DNA from: Chloroflexota bacterium
GTDB lineage: Bacteria; Chloroflexota; Anaerolineae; Aggregatilineales; Phototrophicaceae
Direction of reading: 5' to 3'
Assembly (NCBI GenBank): GCA_026709625.1
Contig: JAPOSR010000044.1
Span: forward strand, 186 to 64,185
DNA length: 64,000 nt
Shown here: positions 1 through 10,097 of the stretch, piece after piece
How the letters are laid out: each line of letters starts with the position of its first letter
Numbering within the stretch: position 1 is the stretch's first letter
The notes under the pieces: model-generated
Told to the model about the DNA's origin: nothing
The model's input: only the letters and a program-made list of their open reading frames with translations
Database searches by the model: none
Made by a program: the position numbers and the translations under genes

Positions 1-1003
1 CCATGAGGGACAACGGTTTTTGCGTGGGGTAGCCGAGCCGTTCTTTGGCGCTTCCAGTTAACGGTTTTATGTCAGCCCAAACATCACCAGAAATTTTTCC
101 AGGCCTATCGTCAAGATAGTATTTGATGTATGGAAATCCATCTTGTTTCTTTGGCCAATGGATCATGCCGACTTCGTCGAATAGGTCGAGTTTCGCATGA
201 ATGCCCAATTTCACCCACTCATCTTCCGATGGCAAGAGGCTCTTAAGCCATGTGGGAAATCGCTTGTAGCCTGGCAATGCCCAAGCACGACCACTGCTCG
301 GGACTCTACCACGCCATGGTTGATATGCCTCAGTCCCGCCAGCTTTTGCACCTGTTAGCATATTTGCCCTATACACACCTCGTTCATCTTCATAACGGAA
401 GCTTTTCCGAATGTATTCCTCATCATAATCACTATGTACTCGATTCCAGCACCACTCATCACTTCTGCTGTACATTAATATCACGTCGTGAATAGCGGGC
501 CACTGCTTTGCGCCCAAATCGTGCGCGCCCGTGCGTTTCCAAACAACTTCGCTGCGAAAGTTGACGGGGCTAAAAATCGCATCCAGCACAATTTTCAGAT
601 AATGGCTGGCGGTCGGGTCGCAGTGCAGATACAAGCTGCCGGTCGCTTTCAAAACGCGGTGCAATTCCACCAGCCGCGCCGTCATCATGACCAAATACGC
701 CATCATCTGGTTGCGGTCGATGAGGTTCATCAGCGCTTCAATCGCCGTGCTGACCTTGGCCGGCGCGTCGATGATCAATTCGTGGTAGGTGGCTTCGGCG
801 GTTTCGCCCCAATGCCAGGTGTCTTCGAAGGCGGTGATCTGGGCTTGGCTGTCCGCGCCGCTCTCGGCTTTGAAGAGCACATTGTGGTCGCGGTTGCTGT
901 TGAAAGGCGGGTCGAGGTAAATCAGGTCGACGCAGGCATCGGGGAAGTATTCGCGGCTGCGCAGGATGTCGAGGTTGTCGCCATAATAGAGTCGGTTGGT
1001 CAT
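1..1003 (-). CDS. DNA methyltransferase, beta-class N6A/N4C type, 3' end cut by window edge
   Basis: Absent from the ORF track because it runs off the window. Hand translation from the ATG (cat at 1001-1003) gives MTNRLYYGDNLDILR..VDLIYLDPPFNSN..TGSLYLHCDPTASHYLK..ERLGYPTQKPLSLM. Paralogous to 36544-37782 and 55859-57347. Confidence 0.85.
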   Translation of the reverse strand, partial: MTNRLYYGDNLDILRSREYFPDACVDLIYLDPPFNSNRDHNVLFKAESGADSQAQITAFEDTWHWGETAEATYHELIIDAPAKVSTAIEALMNLIDRNQMMAYLVMMTARLVELHRVLKATGSLYLHCDPTASHYLKIVLDAIFSPVNFRSEVVWKRTGAHDLGAKQWPAIHDVILMYSRSDEWCWNRVHSDYDEEYIRKSFRYEDERGVYRANMLTGAKAGGTEAYQPWRGRVPSSGRAWALPGYKRFPTWLKSLLPSEDEWVKLGIHAKLDLFDEVGMIHWPKKQDGFPYIKYYLDDRPGKISGDVWADIKPLTGSAKERLGYPTQKPLSLM

Positions 1004-1020
1004 CGCCTATTCCTTCACAA

Positions 1021-1071
1021 AGTCCCTCCCTCATTTTTGGGGGAAGGATTTAGGGTGGGGGTATCCCTCAC
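1021..1071 (+). repeat. Dispersed hairpin + G-tract repeat, copy A
   Basis: agtCCCTCCCTCAtttttGGGGGAAGGatttaGGGTGGGGGtatccctcac. Aligns by eye with copies at 5997-6043, 57411-61 and, inverted, 55808-49. Lies 18 nt upstream of the methyltransferase ATG. Confidence 0.7.
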
Positions 1072-1949
1072 CCAGCCCGCAGATGCCGCGACAGCAACGC
1101 GCTCACCAGCCGAATCAAGGCATAGGGCAGCGCGACCGGCAGCGCCAGATCCACAGTCACAATCAGCGCCAGCGCCCAAGGCAGCCCAGCGCCCCCGTCC
1201 AGCGCGGTGCCCAACTGCTGCAAGTTGAGCTGCTGCAGCATATTGATGAGCAGCAGATAAAAGCCGACCCAAGCCACCGATACGCTGATGGCGAGGCTGC
1301 GGATGGGCAGAAAAGCGCCGATGCCCACGCCCACCATGCCGAACATCAGCGGCTCCAGCGCCAGCCGCAGCAGCGAAGTCACGGTCATGGCGATGATCAG
1401 CGCAAAGGGCAGCCCGCCCGACTCGCGCAGTGGAAACAGTCCGGCGTAGTGCATAATGATGAGTGGCGGACCGAATATCGCCGCGCCTTGCACGATCAGA
1501 ATCAAGTCGTCCATCTTTCGCCAGATTGCCGAAGCCGCCTTGCCCAGAAAGATCTGATCCAGCGACATCGGCGTCGACATGAGCAGCAGCATGGTGTTGT
1601 TGCGCAGCTCATCCGCCATCACCGCCGCCGAATTGCCGGCGATTGAGACCAACGCGCGCGCATAAAAGATCGCGCCGACCGGGATGACCAGCACCGACAC
1701 CACGATCACGGTGGTCGCCAGGTCGGTCACGAAAGGAAGGAATAGGCCGACCGCCAGCAGCGCGATCCAAAAGCCACTGATATAAAATATCGGCTCGAAT
1801 TCTGGCGGCAGGGTGCGCCAGTACAAGCCCAGATGCCGGCGCACGATGGGGTTGGTCGCTCGCGCCCAATAGGGCAGGCTCTGCATAGCAGACGGCTCGT
1901 CAGCGATGGGCTGCGGGCTGCTGCTGCGCGGCGAGGCGTCGGCGGTCAT
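1068..1949 (-). CDS. Multi-pass membrane protein, ABC-2-type permease-like
   Basis: ORF 1068-2018, mostly hydrophobic helices. The motif ELRNNTMLLLMSTPMSLDQIFLGK resembles the E..GT.E.L...P......GK motif of ABC-2 permeases. Start uncertain (Met at 1949 or 1886). Confidence 0.55.
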   Translation of the reverse strand: MTADASPRSSSPQPIADEPSAMQSLPYWARATNPIVRRHLGLYWRTLPPEFEPIFYISGFWIALLAVGLFLPFVTDLATTVIVVSVLVIPVGAIFYARALVSIAGNSAAVMADELRNNTMLLLMSTPMSLDQIFLGKAASAIWRKMDDLILIVQGAAIFGPPLIIMHYAGLFPLRESGGLPFALIIAMTVTSLLRLALEPLMFGMVGVGIGAFLPIRSLAISVSVAWVGFYLLLINMLQQLNLQQLGTALDGGAGLPWALALIVTVDLALPVALPYALIRLVSALLSRHLRAG

Positions 1950-1953
1950 CGCG

Positions 1954-2373
1954 CTAGGCGGCGAAGTCGATGCCGCGGTCTTTGTGCGCGGTCGATTTCG
2001 ACAGCGCCTCGACCACAAGAACCGGATTCACAAGGGCGGCGCCGCTTCGCGCAACCCGCCCTGCGCCACGCACAGCACATAAATCGGGGAAAAAATAAGT
2101 GGACGGGGCGATATGCACGCTGACATTGCTGCTGTGAATGCCATAGTCGCTTCCGGCAAGCTGTTGCAGCAAGATACGCGTCATATTGATCTGGATACTG
2201 CTGTGAAACAGTGTGACTCCATCCATGACGAAAATCGCCCCGTCGATGTATTCAATCCTGCGCTCGCTCGCGACTGTCATAGCGAAGTATTCTTCGAGCG
2301 TGACAAAGCGGCTGGCGGCAGGCAATGCCTCAGGCGGGGCCGGCGCTCTTTCGAGCAGCAAATCTGTGGGCAT
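1954..2373 (-). CDS. Uma2 (DUF820) family endonuclease, C-terminally short
   Basis: MPTDLLLER..RIEYIDGAIFVM..HSSIQINMTRIL..FPDLCAV..PVLVVEALSKST matches the Uma2 pattern. About 139 aa versus 188 aa for the intact paralog at 23827-24393. Confidence 0.65.
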   Translation of the reverse strand: MPTDLLLERAPAPPEALPAASRFVTLEEYFAMTVASERRIEYIDGAIFVMDGVTLFHSSIQINMTRILLQQLAGSDYGIHSSNVSVHIAPSTYFFPDLCAVRGAGRVARSGAALVNPVLVVEALSKSTAHKDRGIDFAA

Positions 2374-2510
2374 CACAATACCTTTCAGCACAGACGGGCA
2401 AGTCCAGTATAACACGCGTTTGGCTGAATTTTGCCGCAGCCGTGATGATCCTGAGCCAGCGTCAGCCATACCGTGTTACAATTAGGGCGCAATCGCAACC
2501 GAGGCCAGCC

Positions 2511-3644
2511 ATGCGCGTCGCGCTTGTCAGCGAAACTTTTCTGCCCAAGGTCGATGGCATCGTCAAGGTCGCTTGCCTGCTGCTGGATCATCTGTCTGCG
2601 CGCGGCATAGAGGCCATGGTGATCGCGCCGCGCTATGGTGATAATCAGCGCTACAAGCATGCGCCCGTCCACAGCCTGCCCAGCGTCGCGGTGCCGCTCT
2701 ATCCAGAAGCGCGACTCGGCTTTGCCACATCAGAGCTTTTTCGCGCGATTGCCGCCTTCCAACCGGATGTCGCGCATCTATTTCATCCAGCCATGACCGG
2801 CCTCCCGACTATGGCGATGCTGAAATGGCTAGGCGTGCCGATTGTGGCATCGTTCCACCTCGACTATGCGCGGCTGGCCAGCCAGTTTCAGGTGGGTGGC
2901 TTGGGCCTCAGTCTCGCGAGCCCGCTTATCGATCAAGTGACGCGGCGGGTCTTCAACTGGGCAGATGCGCGGCTCGCGCCCTCCCAGCTCGTGCAGGGGC
3001 AGATGCAGGCGCTGGGCATAGGCGAGGTCGGGCTGTGGCGGCGCGGGGTCGACGCAGAGGCATTTCACCCGCGTTTTTCTTCGCCAGCCATGCGCGCCGA
3101 GATGAGCCAAGGTTGCCCAGACGACACGTTGCTGGTCTATGTGGGGCGTTTGTCCGATGAAAAACAGTTGGAGCACATCCGCCCTGTCCTGGAGCAGACG
3201 CCCAATCTACGGCTGGCGCTGGTGGGCGACGGGCCGGCTCGGCAGCGGCTCGAACAAACCTTCGCCGGTCTGCCTGTAACATTCATGGGCTACCTGCGCG
3301 GAGACAGGCTGGCGAGCGCGTATGCCAGCGCCGATATCTTTGTGTTCCCTTCGCGGCTAGAGACATTCGGCTTGGTCGTGGTCGAGGCGATGGCGGCTGG
3401 TTTGCCCGTGGTGGCGGCGCGAGTCGGCGGCGTGACCGAAGTCGTCCGCGAAGGCAGCAATGGCTATACATTCGCAAGCGGCGATACCAGCGGGCTGGCG
3501 CAGGGCATCCACGCCATAGCAAAAGACCGCGAGACGCTGCGCTGGATGGGACGGCAGGCGCGCGCCTACGCCGAAACACAAAGCTGGAGCGCAAGTATGA
3601 ATGACTTAATAGCGGAGTACGCCAGACTCATCGTCAAGAACTAA
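2511..3644 (+). CDS. Glycosyltransferase family 4 (SqdX/PimA-like)
   Basis: MRVALVSETFLPKVDGIVKV.. N-terminus and C-terminal FVFPSRLETFGLVVVEAMAAGLPVVA (E-x7-E region). ATG at 2511 inside ORF 2325-3644. Confidence 0.85.
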   Translation: MRVALVSETFLPKVDGIVKVACLLLDHLSARGIEAMVIAPRYGDNQRYKHAPVHSLPSVAVPLYPEARLGFATSELFRAIAAFQPDVAHLFHPAMTGLPTMAMLKWLGVPIVASFHLDYARLASQFQVGGLGLSLASPLIDQVTRRVFNWADARLAPSQLVQGQMQALGIGEVGLWRRGVDAEAFHPRFSSPAMRAEMSQGCPDDTLLVYVGRLSDEKQLEHIRPVLEQTPNLRLALVGDGPARQRLEQTFAGLPVTFMGYLRGDRLASAYASADIFVFPSRLETFGLVVVEAMAAGLPVVAARVGGVTEVVREGSNGYTFASGDTSGLAQGIHAIAKDRETLRWMGRQARAYAETQSWSASMNDLIAEYARLIVKN

Positions 3645-3654
3645 GGCGCGCGGT

Positions 3655-4623
3655 TCATTCACGCAAGGCCCGCCCCGCCGCCGCGACCACCCGCGCATGA
3701 TGCTGCCCGTTGCTGATAATCATGCCGGCATTGGGCAGAGTCTCGCCGCGCGAAAAATCCAGCGCTTCGCCGTCCAGCCCCGTCGCCATGCCGCCAGCCG
3801 CCTGCACCAAGGCCACGCCAGCGGCATGATCCCAGACCTTGTGCGCATAACCGCTGCCCGCCCTCGGCAGGCGCATATACAAATCAGCATCGCCACAAGC
3901 CACCAAAGCATATTTCTCCATGCTGTCCAGCTCAACGATGCGCGCGCCGCCCAAACCCGCCAGCTCACGCGTCCGACCCATGCGCGATTTGCTGGCATGC
4001 GCCCGTTCATAGCTCTGCGCAACGACAAATTCATCGCCGCCGCGCCGCGCCGACACCGACACCCGCCGCCCAGCGCCGCCCGCCAATAACGCCCGCCAGG
4101 TCTCGCCAGCCTGGGTATAGAAGAGCGCGCCCTCGCCATCGTTATAGCCCGGCGCCGCCACGATGCCATCGGCAATCTCTCCATCGACCAGCAAGCCACA
4201 GGCGATTGCATAATGCCGCCGCGCCAAAAAACCTTTCGTGCCATCAATGGGGTCGATCACCCAGGTGCGCCGCGACCGCCGGCCCGCGCCGAAATCGAGC
4301 CAGGTCAAAAGCTGCGCCTCGCTCACTGCCTCGCCCAGCACAGCAGCCAGCAGCTGCAGCGCCTGCGCGCGTTTTTCGCTGGAGACCACCTGCCTGAATT
4401 GACGCCCCGATTCTTCGGCGATGACCGCGTCATCAGGATAGCGCTGCTGCAAAGCGCGGCAGATGATGGCCTGCGAGCCATAGTCGGCGATGGTCACCGG
4501 CTCGGTATGCGCGCCCGCCGTCTTTGCGCTGGCGCTCAGGTAGCGGTCTTGCACCAACTGGCAGAGTCTGGCGGCATCGCGCAGAGCCTCGTGCAATGCT
4601 TGCATCATTGTTCTTCCGATCAT
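3655..4623 (-). CDS. Inositol monophosphatase / 3'(2'),5'-bisphosphate nucleotidase (CysQ/HAL2-like) family
   Basis: Motifs VIAEESG, WVIDPIDGTKGF and KVWDHAAG are typical of the IMPase superfamily. Confidence 0.8.
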   Translation of the reverse strand: MIGRTMMQALHEALRDAARLCQLVQDRYLSASAKTAGAHTEPVTIADYGSQAIICRALQQRYPDDAVIAEESGRQFRQVVSSEKRAQALQLLAAVLGEAVSEAQLLTWLDFGAGRRSRRTWVIDPIDGTKGFLARRHYAIACGLLVDGEIADGIVAAPGYNDGEGALFYTQAGETWRALLAGGAGRRVSVSARRGGDEFVVAQSYERAHASKSRMGRTRELAGLGGARIVELDSMEKYALVACGDADLYMRLPRAGSGYAHKVWDHAAGVALVQAAGGMATGLDGEALDFSRGETLPNAGMIISNGQHHARVVAAAGRALRE

Positions 4624-4737
4624 TTGCCCGGCTGTTGGCGCTTTCTGGTCGGCATCATTTTCCCAGCGCCGGCTGCTGCTGTCCAGCCTAGATGATGGCG
4701 CAATCTCACAGCGCCCGGCGCGCGCTCACACACTGTA

Positions 4738-4766
4738 TTGACATGCTTATTTTCATATGGTGCAAT
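4738..4766 (+). promoter_or_regulatory. Sigma70-like promoter candidate
   Basis: TTGACA (4738-43), 17-nt spacer, TGCAAT (4761-66). About 45 nt upstream of the ATG at 4811. Confidence 0.4.
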
Positions 4767-4810
4767 GTCGTTTGCTTTATCGCTAAAAATCTAGTGAACG
4801 GGGATTTGCA

Positions 4811-5752
4811 ATGAGTCGGTTGATTCGTATGTTGCTTGTATTATTTCTGCTGGCTGGCTTGGTCATTGTCGCCGTGGCGCAAGACAGCCCAAAAAAACCG
4901 AAGAAAGTCCATTTCACCTGCGACAACAATGAGCTGAGGCTCGCCTGGAAAGCAGGCGAAGGCGCGAAGGGATTTATCTATGCCTTGGAACAAGCGGGCG
5001 CGCAGGTATTTAAGAAAATAACGAAGGCAACGGAAGTCTGGCTGGCAGCCGGCGAGCCAGGCGTGGAATATGTTGCCAAAGTCCGTTCAAAGCGGGGCGA
5101 CAAACGATCCAAGTGGGTCAAGCGGACAGTCATCTGCCCGTCCGCCCAAGTGGCGGCTGTCCCAACCGCGGCGCCGACCCAAGAAATCCCCCCGCCCGAG
5201 CCAAGATTCACCCGTATGGAATGCTCGCGCATATCGCGGCAAATCCATGTCGAGTGGCAACTGCAGCCGAGCAATGTGCTGTATCACCTAGAAATTTACG
5301 AGCTGCCGAATTCCCTGCCTATAGCCACTTGGACCTCCCACTGGGGCAACATGGCTGGCATCACCCCTGCGGGCAACGATGGCAAGACCTACCGCGCGCT
5401 GCTTACAGCCAGCGACGGCAACGTCAGATCACGCGCCGTCAGCACCGAGCACACCTGCGATTTTGGCACGTTGCGAGCGCCGAAACCACCGATAGATCTG
5501 TCACTGAGCTGCGGAGAGAACAGCGAGCTCATTTTATCGTGGCGAGCCAACCCGAGCGGCGATATCGTATCCTCCTTCAACTACAAGCTGTATGAAAACG
5601 GCCGGCAGTTTGACAATGGCAGTACGGCTGGCGCTGACAACCGGGGCATGTTCCCGCCGACTTGGGCATCTGGACGAACATATCGCGGGACAGTGCGCGC
5701 CTATAACGACGCTGGCTATAGCGATTGGGCCACAGTTGACCGGCGCTGCTAA
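4811..5752 (+). CDS. Secreted protein with three FN3-like modules, each bracketed by cysteines
   Basis: Signal peptide MSRLIRMLLVLFLLAGLVIVAVA. Three ~95-aa units have W and Y.(V/A)..(N/S) patterns; the last ends YRGTVRAYNDAGYSDWATV, a classic FN3 C-terminus. Confidence 0.6.
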   Translation: MSRLIRMLLVLFLLAGLVIVAVAQDSPKKPKKVHFTCDNNELRLAWKAGEGAKGFIYALEQAGAQVFKKITKATEVWLAAGEPGVEYVAKVRSKRGDKRSKWVKRTVICPSAQVAAVPTAAPTQEIPPPEPRFTRMECSRISRQIHVEWQLQPSNVLYHLEIYELPNSLPIATWTSHWGNMAGITPAGNDGKTYRALLTASDGNVRSRAVSTEHTCDFGTLRAPKPPIDLSLSCGENSELILSWRANPSGDIVSSFNYKLYENGRQFDNGSTAGADNRGMFPPTWASGRTYRGTVRAYNDAGYSDWATVDRRC

Positions 5753-5849
5753 TTGTATAGTCCATCTGCCGCTGGCGAGACACCAAGCTAGCCAGTGACA
5801 AGCTGTGCCAGACGGCGCAATCGATATCGCAATACCGTTTCACCTCATC

Positions 5850-5882
5850 AAGGCTGGCTTGTTTTTTGCTAGCCTTTTGTTG
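5850..5882 (+). terminator. Rho-independent terminator candidate
   Basis: aaggctggc / ttgtttttt / gctagcctt gives a 9-bp stem (one G-U) followed by ttgttg. Located downstream of 4811-5752. Confidence 0.45.
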
Positions 5883-5943
5883 CCATTGGCGATTGGGAGT
5901 GGCGAATCTGCTGGATGCGCGTTGCTTTGCCCCCCCAAAAAAT

Positions 5944-5967
5944 CCCTCCCTCAACAATGAGGGAGGG
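5944..5967. repeat. Perfect 10-bp-stem hairpin related to the dispersed repeat core
   Basis: CCCTCCCTCA acaa TGAGGGAGGG. Confidence 0.7.
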
Positions 5968-5996
5968 GCTACCATGCTGCGGAGGCGCTGGCAAAA

Positions 5997-6043
5997 CCCC
6001 CTTCCCTCGTTCTGGGGGCAAGGGGCCGGGGGATGGGGGCTTG
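5997..6043 (+). repeat. Dispersed hairpin + G-tract repeat, copy B
   Basis: cccccttccctcgttctGGGGGcaaGGGGccGGGGGatGGGGGcttg. Four G-runs of 4 or more. Confidence 0.65.
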
Positions 6044-6163
6044 GTTGCCATAGCCACGCAACTAGCCATACCGGAGATTCGCGCTATTTACTTTCTGGGG
6101 CGCATGGATTATGGTTCTTCGCCCTGTTTTCGCATTGTCTCTGAGCCACAAGTGGAGTAGACA

Positions 6164-7945
6164 TTGAAACAGAAGAGCGAGTTTGCGATTGAAGGCTTGC
6201 GGGAATACAACCGGCAATCAGCCGTGCGCTGGATTATCTCGCACTGCCTCGAGCACAAGCCCTATTTATTCATCGGCTTGGTCGGCTTTGCCCTGACTTA
6301 CATCTCCTTTTCGGGCGCGCGGGTGATGTTTGGCAGGGGCGCAGAGATTATCATCGAGGGCGGCGACGCCCAGGCGGTCATCGCGGTGAGCCTCGCCGTA
6401 TTGGTCTTGTCGGTGTCGGACGGATTGTTTTCGCTGATGGGGTCGATGGTGATGGTGATCTTGTCGACTCGGGTCGAGCGAGATTCACGCCACGAGCTGT
6501 ACACCAGTTTGCTGGGCAAGAGCCAGACCTTCCATGACCAGCAGCGGGTGGGCGACATCATGGCGCGCGCCACCGATGATGTCCGCCAGCTCAATTTTGT
6601 GATCCATCCGGGCATCATGTTCATTTTTGACATGGTGCTGGGCTTCGCGGTGCCGATGATTTATATCGCGGCCATCAACCTTGAGTTGCTGCTGGTGCCA
6701 ATGATCTTCGTGGTGGCTTATGTGATCGTCGTGCGCCGGTATATGCACCGGCTGCAACCTGTGGTGATGCAGCAACGGCAGCAGTACGGTGCCCTCAGCG
6801 CGCGCCTCGAAGAGACCATCAGCGGCATCGAGATCGTCAAAGTGGCGGCGCAGGAGATGGAAGAGCGCAAGAAGTTCAAACGCAACGCCTGGAAATTCCG
6901 CGACTTCTTCGTGCAGCAAGGCAAGATCGAAGCGGCCTATCTGCCTTTGTTGATGTTCGGCATCGCCTTCGGTTTCTTCTTCCTGCATTGTCTGAACATG
7001 TATGCACGCGGCATCCTCAGCATTGGCGATGTCATCGCCGTCGCCGGCTTGATGCAAGTACTTTCGTTCCCGGTCTTCATCTCGCTGTTTTCGATCAGCA
7101 TGATCCAGCTGGGTCTCGCTGGCGCGCGCCGCATCCTCGAGCTGATTGAGCAGCGCACGGACATCGATGAGAATCTGGCGGGGCACCGCGCTGCGGTGAC
7201 CGGCGCGATCGAATTTGACAACATCACTTTCAAGTTCCACGGCAAGACAGTCTTGGAAGATGTGTCCTTCCGTGTCGAACCCGGCCAGACAGTCGCAATC
7301 GTGGGGCAGACCGGCAGCGGCAAAACGACGCTCACGCAACTGGTCGGGCGCACCTACGATGTCCATGCCGGGCGCGTGTTGATCGATGGCGTAGATGTGC
7401 GCGACTGGAATCTCGACCGCCTGCGCTCGCAGATGGGCAAGATTGAGCAAGATATCTTCCTGTTTTCGCGCTCTGTGGCCGACAATATCGCCTTTGGCGT
7501 GCAAGGTGCCACACGCGAACAGATCGAAGCCGCCGCCAAAGAAGCCCAGGCGCACGACTTCATCATGGCCTTCAACGATGGCTATGACAGCGAGATCGGC
7601 GAGCGCGGGGTGATGCTCTCTGGCGGGCAGCGGCAGCGTCTGGCATTGGCGCGCGCATTTTTGCGACAGCCGCGCATCTTGATCCTGGACGACTCGACCA
7701 GCGCGATCGACAGCGCCACGGAAGACGAGATCCAAAAAGCCATGCGCCGCGCCCAAGAGGGACGAACCACCATCCTGATCACGCATCGGCTGTCGCAGAT
7801 CCGCTGGGCAGACCGCATCATCGTGCTGGAAAATGGCCGGGTTATCGCCAATGGCGCGCACGAAGAACTGCTGGGCAGCTCGCCCCATTATCGGCGCATA
7901 TTCGCCCGCTACGACGCGCCGCAGCTGGCGCCCGCATTCGCCTGA
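6164..7945 (+). CDS. ABC exporter, fused permease/ATPase (MsbA/TmrA-like), subunit 1
   Basis: Six-helix TMD followed by an NBD. Walker A GQTGSGKTT, signature LSGGQRQR, Walker B ILILDDSTSAID, H-loop ITHRL. TTG start per the ORF track. Confidence 0.9.
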   Translation: MKQKSEFAIEGLREYNRQSAVRWIISHCLEHKPYLFIGLVGFALTYISFSGARVMFGRGAEIIIEGGDAQAVIAVSLAVLVLSVSDGLFSLMGSMVMVILSTRVERDSRHELYTSLLGKSQTFHDQQRVGDIMARATDDVRQLNFVIHPGIMFIFDMVLGFAVPMIYIAAINLELLLVPMIFVVAYVIVVRRYMHRLQPVVMQQRQQYGALSARLEETISGIEIVKVAAQEMEERKKFKRNAWKFRDFFVQQGKIEAAYLPLLMFGIAFGFFFLHCLNMYARGILSIGDVIAVAGLMQVLSFPVFISLFSISMIQLGLAGARRILELIEQRTDIDENLAGHRAAVTGAIEFDNITFKFHGKTVLEDVSFRVEPGQTVAIVGQTGSGKTTLTQLVGRTYDVHAGRVLIDGVDVRDWNLDRLRSQMGKIEQDIFLFSRSVADNIAFGVQGATREQIEAAAKEAQAHDFIMAFNDGYDSEIGERGVMLSGGQRQRLALARAFLRQPRILILDDSTSAIDSATEDEIQKAMRRAQEGRTTILITHRLSQIRWADRIIVLENGRVIANGAHEELLGSSPHYRRIFARYDAPQLAPAFA

Positions 7946-7997
7946 TGAGCGCTTGCCAGACAAATCGCAAGCCCGCGGCAGAAACGAAAGGAACGAC

Positions 7998-9803
7998 ATG
8001 GGCTTCATAATGGATGGGCTGGAAGCCGAAGATTACGACCGCCAATACACCGACTGGGCGCTGGTCAAACGGATTATTGGCTACTTTCGCCCGCAAGCCT
8101 GGAAGATGCTGGTGGTCGCCGCTGTCGTCTTCCTCAGCTCGGTGATGGACCTGATTCTGCCGGTGGTCGTCTCGCAAGCGCTGGACCAGCTGCAGTTCAC
8201 GCCCGAGACATTTGACCCAGTCGGGGCATCGATCATCCTTGGACTGGCCGCGAGCGCTGGCTGGGTGGCCAACATGATCCGCCAGTGGCTGTCGGCAGAG
8301 GCGGTCGGCGATGTCACTTTTGACCTGCGAGAAGATGCCTTCAACGCCGTAACCGAGCGCGACATGTCGTTTTATGACCAGTTCGCCACTGGCAAGGTGG
8401 TCAGCCGCGTGCTTTCCGACACACAGGCATTCAGCGAGACAGTCCGCCTGAGCATCAATTTGATGAGCCGCCTGCTGCTGGTTGTGCTGCTGATAATCTA
8501 CCTGTTCACAGTCAATGTGAACATGACGCTTGTGTTGATGACGATCATGCCATTCATCATTTATACCGCCCTGAGATTTCGCACGGTCGCGCGCCGCACA
8601 GTGACCAATTCGCGCCGGCAGTTGGCGACCGTCAACGCGCATATTCAAGAGTCGATCAGTGGCATCGCCGTCGCCAAAGCCTTCCGCCGCGAGCAGATGA
8701 TTTATGACGAATTCAAGGCGGTCAACCATGAGTCATACGAGGTTGAGAAGATCAACGGCTTCGTCTTCGGCAGCATATTCCCGATCCTGGTCACCATTGC
8801 CGGCTTGGGTGTGGCAGCGGTGGTCTGGTTTGGCATCAACCTGGCGCAGCAGGGGATTCTGACAGCTGGCGAGTGGTTCCTGTTCATTCAAGGCATGGGC
8901 ATGATTTGGTTCCCGCTGACGAGCATTTCATCATTTTGGAGTCAATTTCAGCTTGGACTCGCCGCTGGCGAGCGCGTCTTTGCCTTGCTGGATGCCGAGG
9001 CGCTGGTCAAGCAGAAAGCGGACGAACAGGCACCGGCTCTGCAGGGCGAGATCGAATTTGTTGCGCTGGACTTCCAGTATACCGAAGGCGAGCCGGTCCT
9101 GCGCGACTTCAGCCTGCACATCCAACCGGGCGAGACTCTGGCGCTGGTCGGGCATACGGGCAGCGGCAAATCTAGCATCGCCAAGCTGATCAACCGCTTC
9201 TATGAATATCAGCGGGGCGACCTATTCATCGACAGGCGCGATATCCGCTACTTCAACCTGCCCAGTTATCGCGCGCAGCTGGGCATGGTCACCCAGACGC
9301 CTTTCCTCTTTGATGGCAGCGTCATGGACAATATCCGCTATGGCAAGCCCGAAGCCACAGACGAGCAAGTGACGCGCGCCGCCAACATGGTGGGCCGCGG
9401 CGACTGGCTGGTCAGCCTGCAAGACGGCTTGCAGACCCAGGTGGGCGAGCGGGGCGGCAGTCTGTCTATGGGCCAGCGGCAACTGGTGGCGATCGCGCGC
9501 GTGCTGCTGCAAGACCCAGCCATCTTCATCCTGGACGAAGCCACTGCCAGCGTCGACCCCCTGACTGAAACATTGATCCAGGAGGGCTTGGACACTTTGC
9601 TGGGTGCCCGCACATCCATCGTCATCGCCCACCGCCTGTCGACGATCCAGCATGCCGACCGCATCATCGTGCTTGATCATGGCGCAATCATCGAATCGGG
9701 CACACACGATCAGTTGATGCTGGACGGCGGGCATTATGCCACGCTCTACGATTCCTACTTCCGCCATCAAAGCCTGGAGTATATTGAGCGCCTGGCAGGC
9801 TAG
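7998..9803 (+). CDS. ABC exporter, fused permease/ATPase, subunit 2
   Basis: ATG at 7998 (MGFIMDGLEAEDYD..) inside ORF 7833-9803. Walker A GHTGSGKSS, signature LSMGQRQL, Walker B IFILDEATASVD, H-loop IAHRL. Confidence 0.9.
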   Translation: MGFIMDGLEAEDYDRQYTDWALVKRIIGYFRPQAWKMLVVAAVVFLSSVMDLILPVVVSQALDQLQFTPETFDPVGASIILGLAASAGWVANMIRQWLSAEAVGDVTFDLREDAFNAVTERDMSFYDQFATGKVVSRVLSDTQAFSETVRLSINLMSRLLLVVLLIIYLFTVNVNMTLVLMTIMPFIIYTALRFRTVARRTVTNSRRQLATVNAHIQESISGIAVAKAFRREQMIYDEFKAVNHESYEVEKINGFVFGSIFPILVTIAGLGVAAVVWFGINLAQQGILTAGEWFLFIQGMGMIWFPLTSISSFWSQFQLGLAAGERVFALLDAEALVKQKADEQAPALQGEIEFVALDFQYTEGEPVLRDFSLHIQPGETLALVGHTGSGKSSIAKLINRFYEYQRGDLFIDRRDIRYFNLPSYRAQLGMVTQTPFLFDGSVMDNIRYGKPEATDEQVTRAANMVGRGDWLVSLQDGLQTQVGERGGSLSMGQRQLVAIARVLLQDPAIFILDEATASVDPLTETLIQEGLDTLLGARTSIVIAHRLSTIQHADRIIVLDHGAIIESGTHDQLMLDGGHYATLYDSYFRHQSLEYIERLAG

Positions 9804-9843
9804 CTCAGACGGCGCGCAATGTTTGAATTTGAACGAAACACCA

Positions 9844-10092
9844 TTTACAATCAAAGAGATTAATAGGCATACTGTAATTGAAACAACAGAGTGTATCCGC
9901 CGGTCCAAGAAGATTAATCTGACCGAATAGGAAGCGGTGATTATCGTGTGATCACTTTTTACTCGTGGCGTCAACATTCCTGTCTTCCTGCTTGGTGCGT
10001 ATAGCAAAACCAGCAAGATTACCTTGTCGCAGCGAGAGAAGAATGCCTTCAGACAAACTATTTCGACTATACTGCGAGACTACGGAGGTTGA
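9844..10092 (+). pseudogene. Decayed RelE/ParE-superfamily toxin (GG.RVIY-type addiction-module toxin)
   Basis: Three pieces in two frames: ..HTVIETTECIRRSKKINLTE*, GSGDYRVITFYS and RGVNIPVFLLGAYSKTSKITLSQREKNAFRQTISTILRDYGG*. The central ~35 aa expected between pieces 1 and 2 is missing. Confidence 0.45.
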
Positions 10093-10097
10093 ACAAC

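Noticed and set aside
488-1228. 246-aa plus-strand ORF at the window start
   Set aside because: It is the antisense shadow of the methyltransferase gene (1-1003, minus), whose translation carries unambiguous DPPF/GYPTQKP motifs. The plus-strand product is Arg/Ala/Gln-rich with no motifs.
5866-6160. Small ORFs (81-92 aa) in the 5753-6163 gap
   Set aside because: They are generated by the G-rich and C-rich dispersed repeats (peptides such as ..PLPSFWGQGAGGWGLG..) and lack RBS or start context. The region is better explained as repeat/intergenic DNA.
6485-8008. 507-aa minus-strand ORF (and 7842-8729, 9222-10016) across the ABC exporter genes
   Set aside because: These are shadow ORFs typical of high-GC DNA. 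The plus-strand frames carry complete Walker A/B, signature and TMD features.
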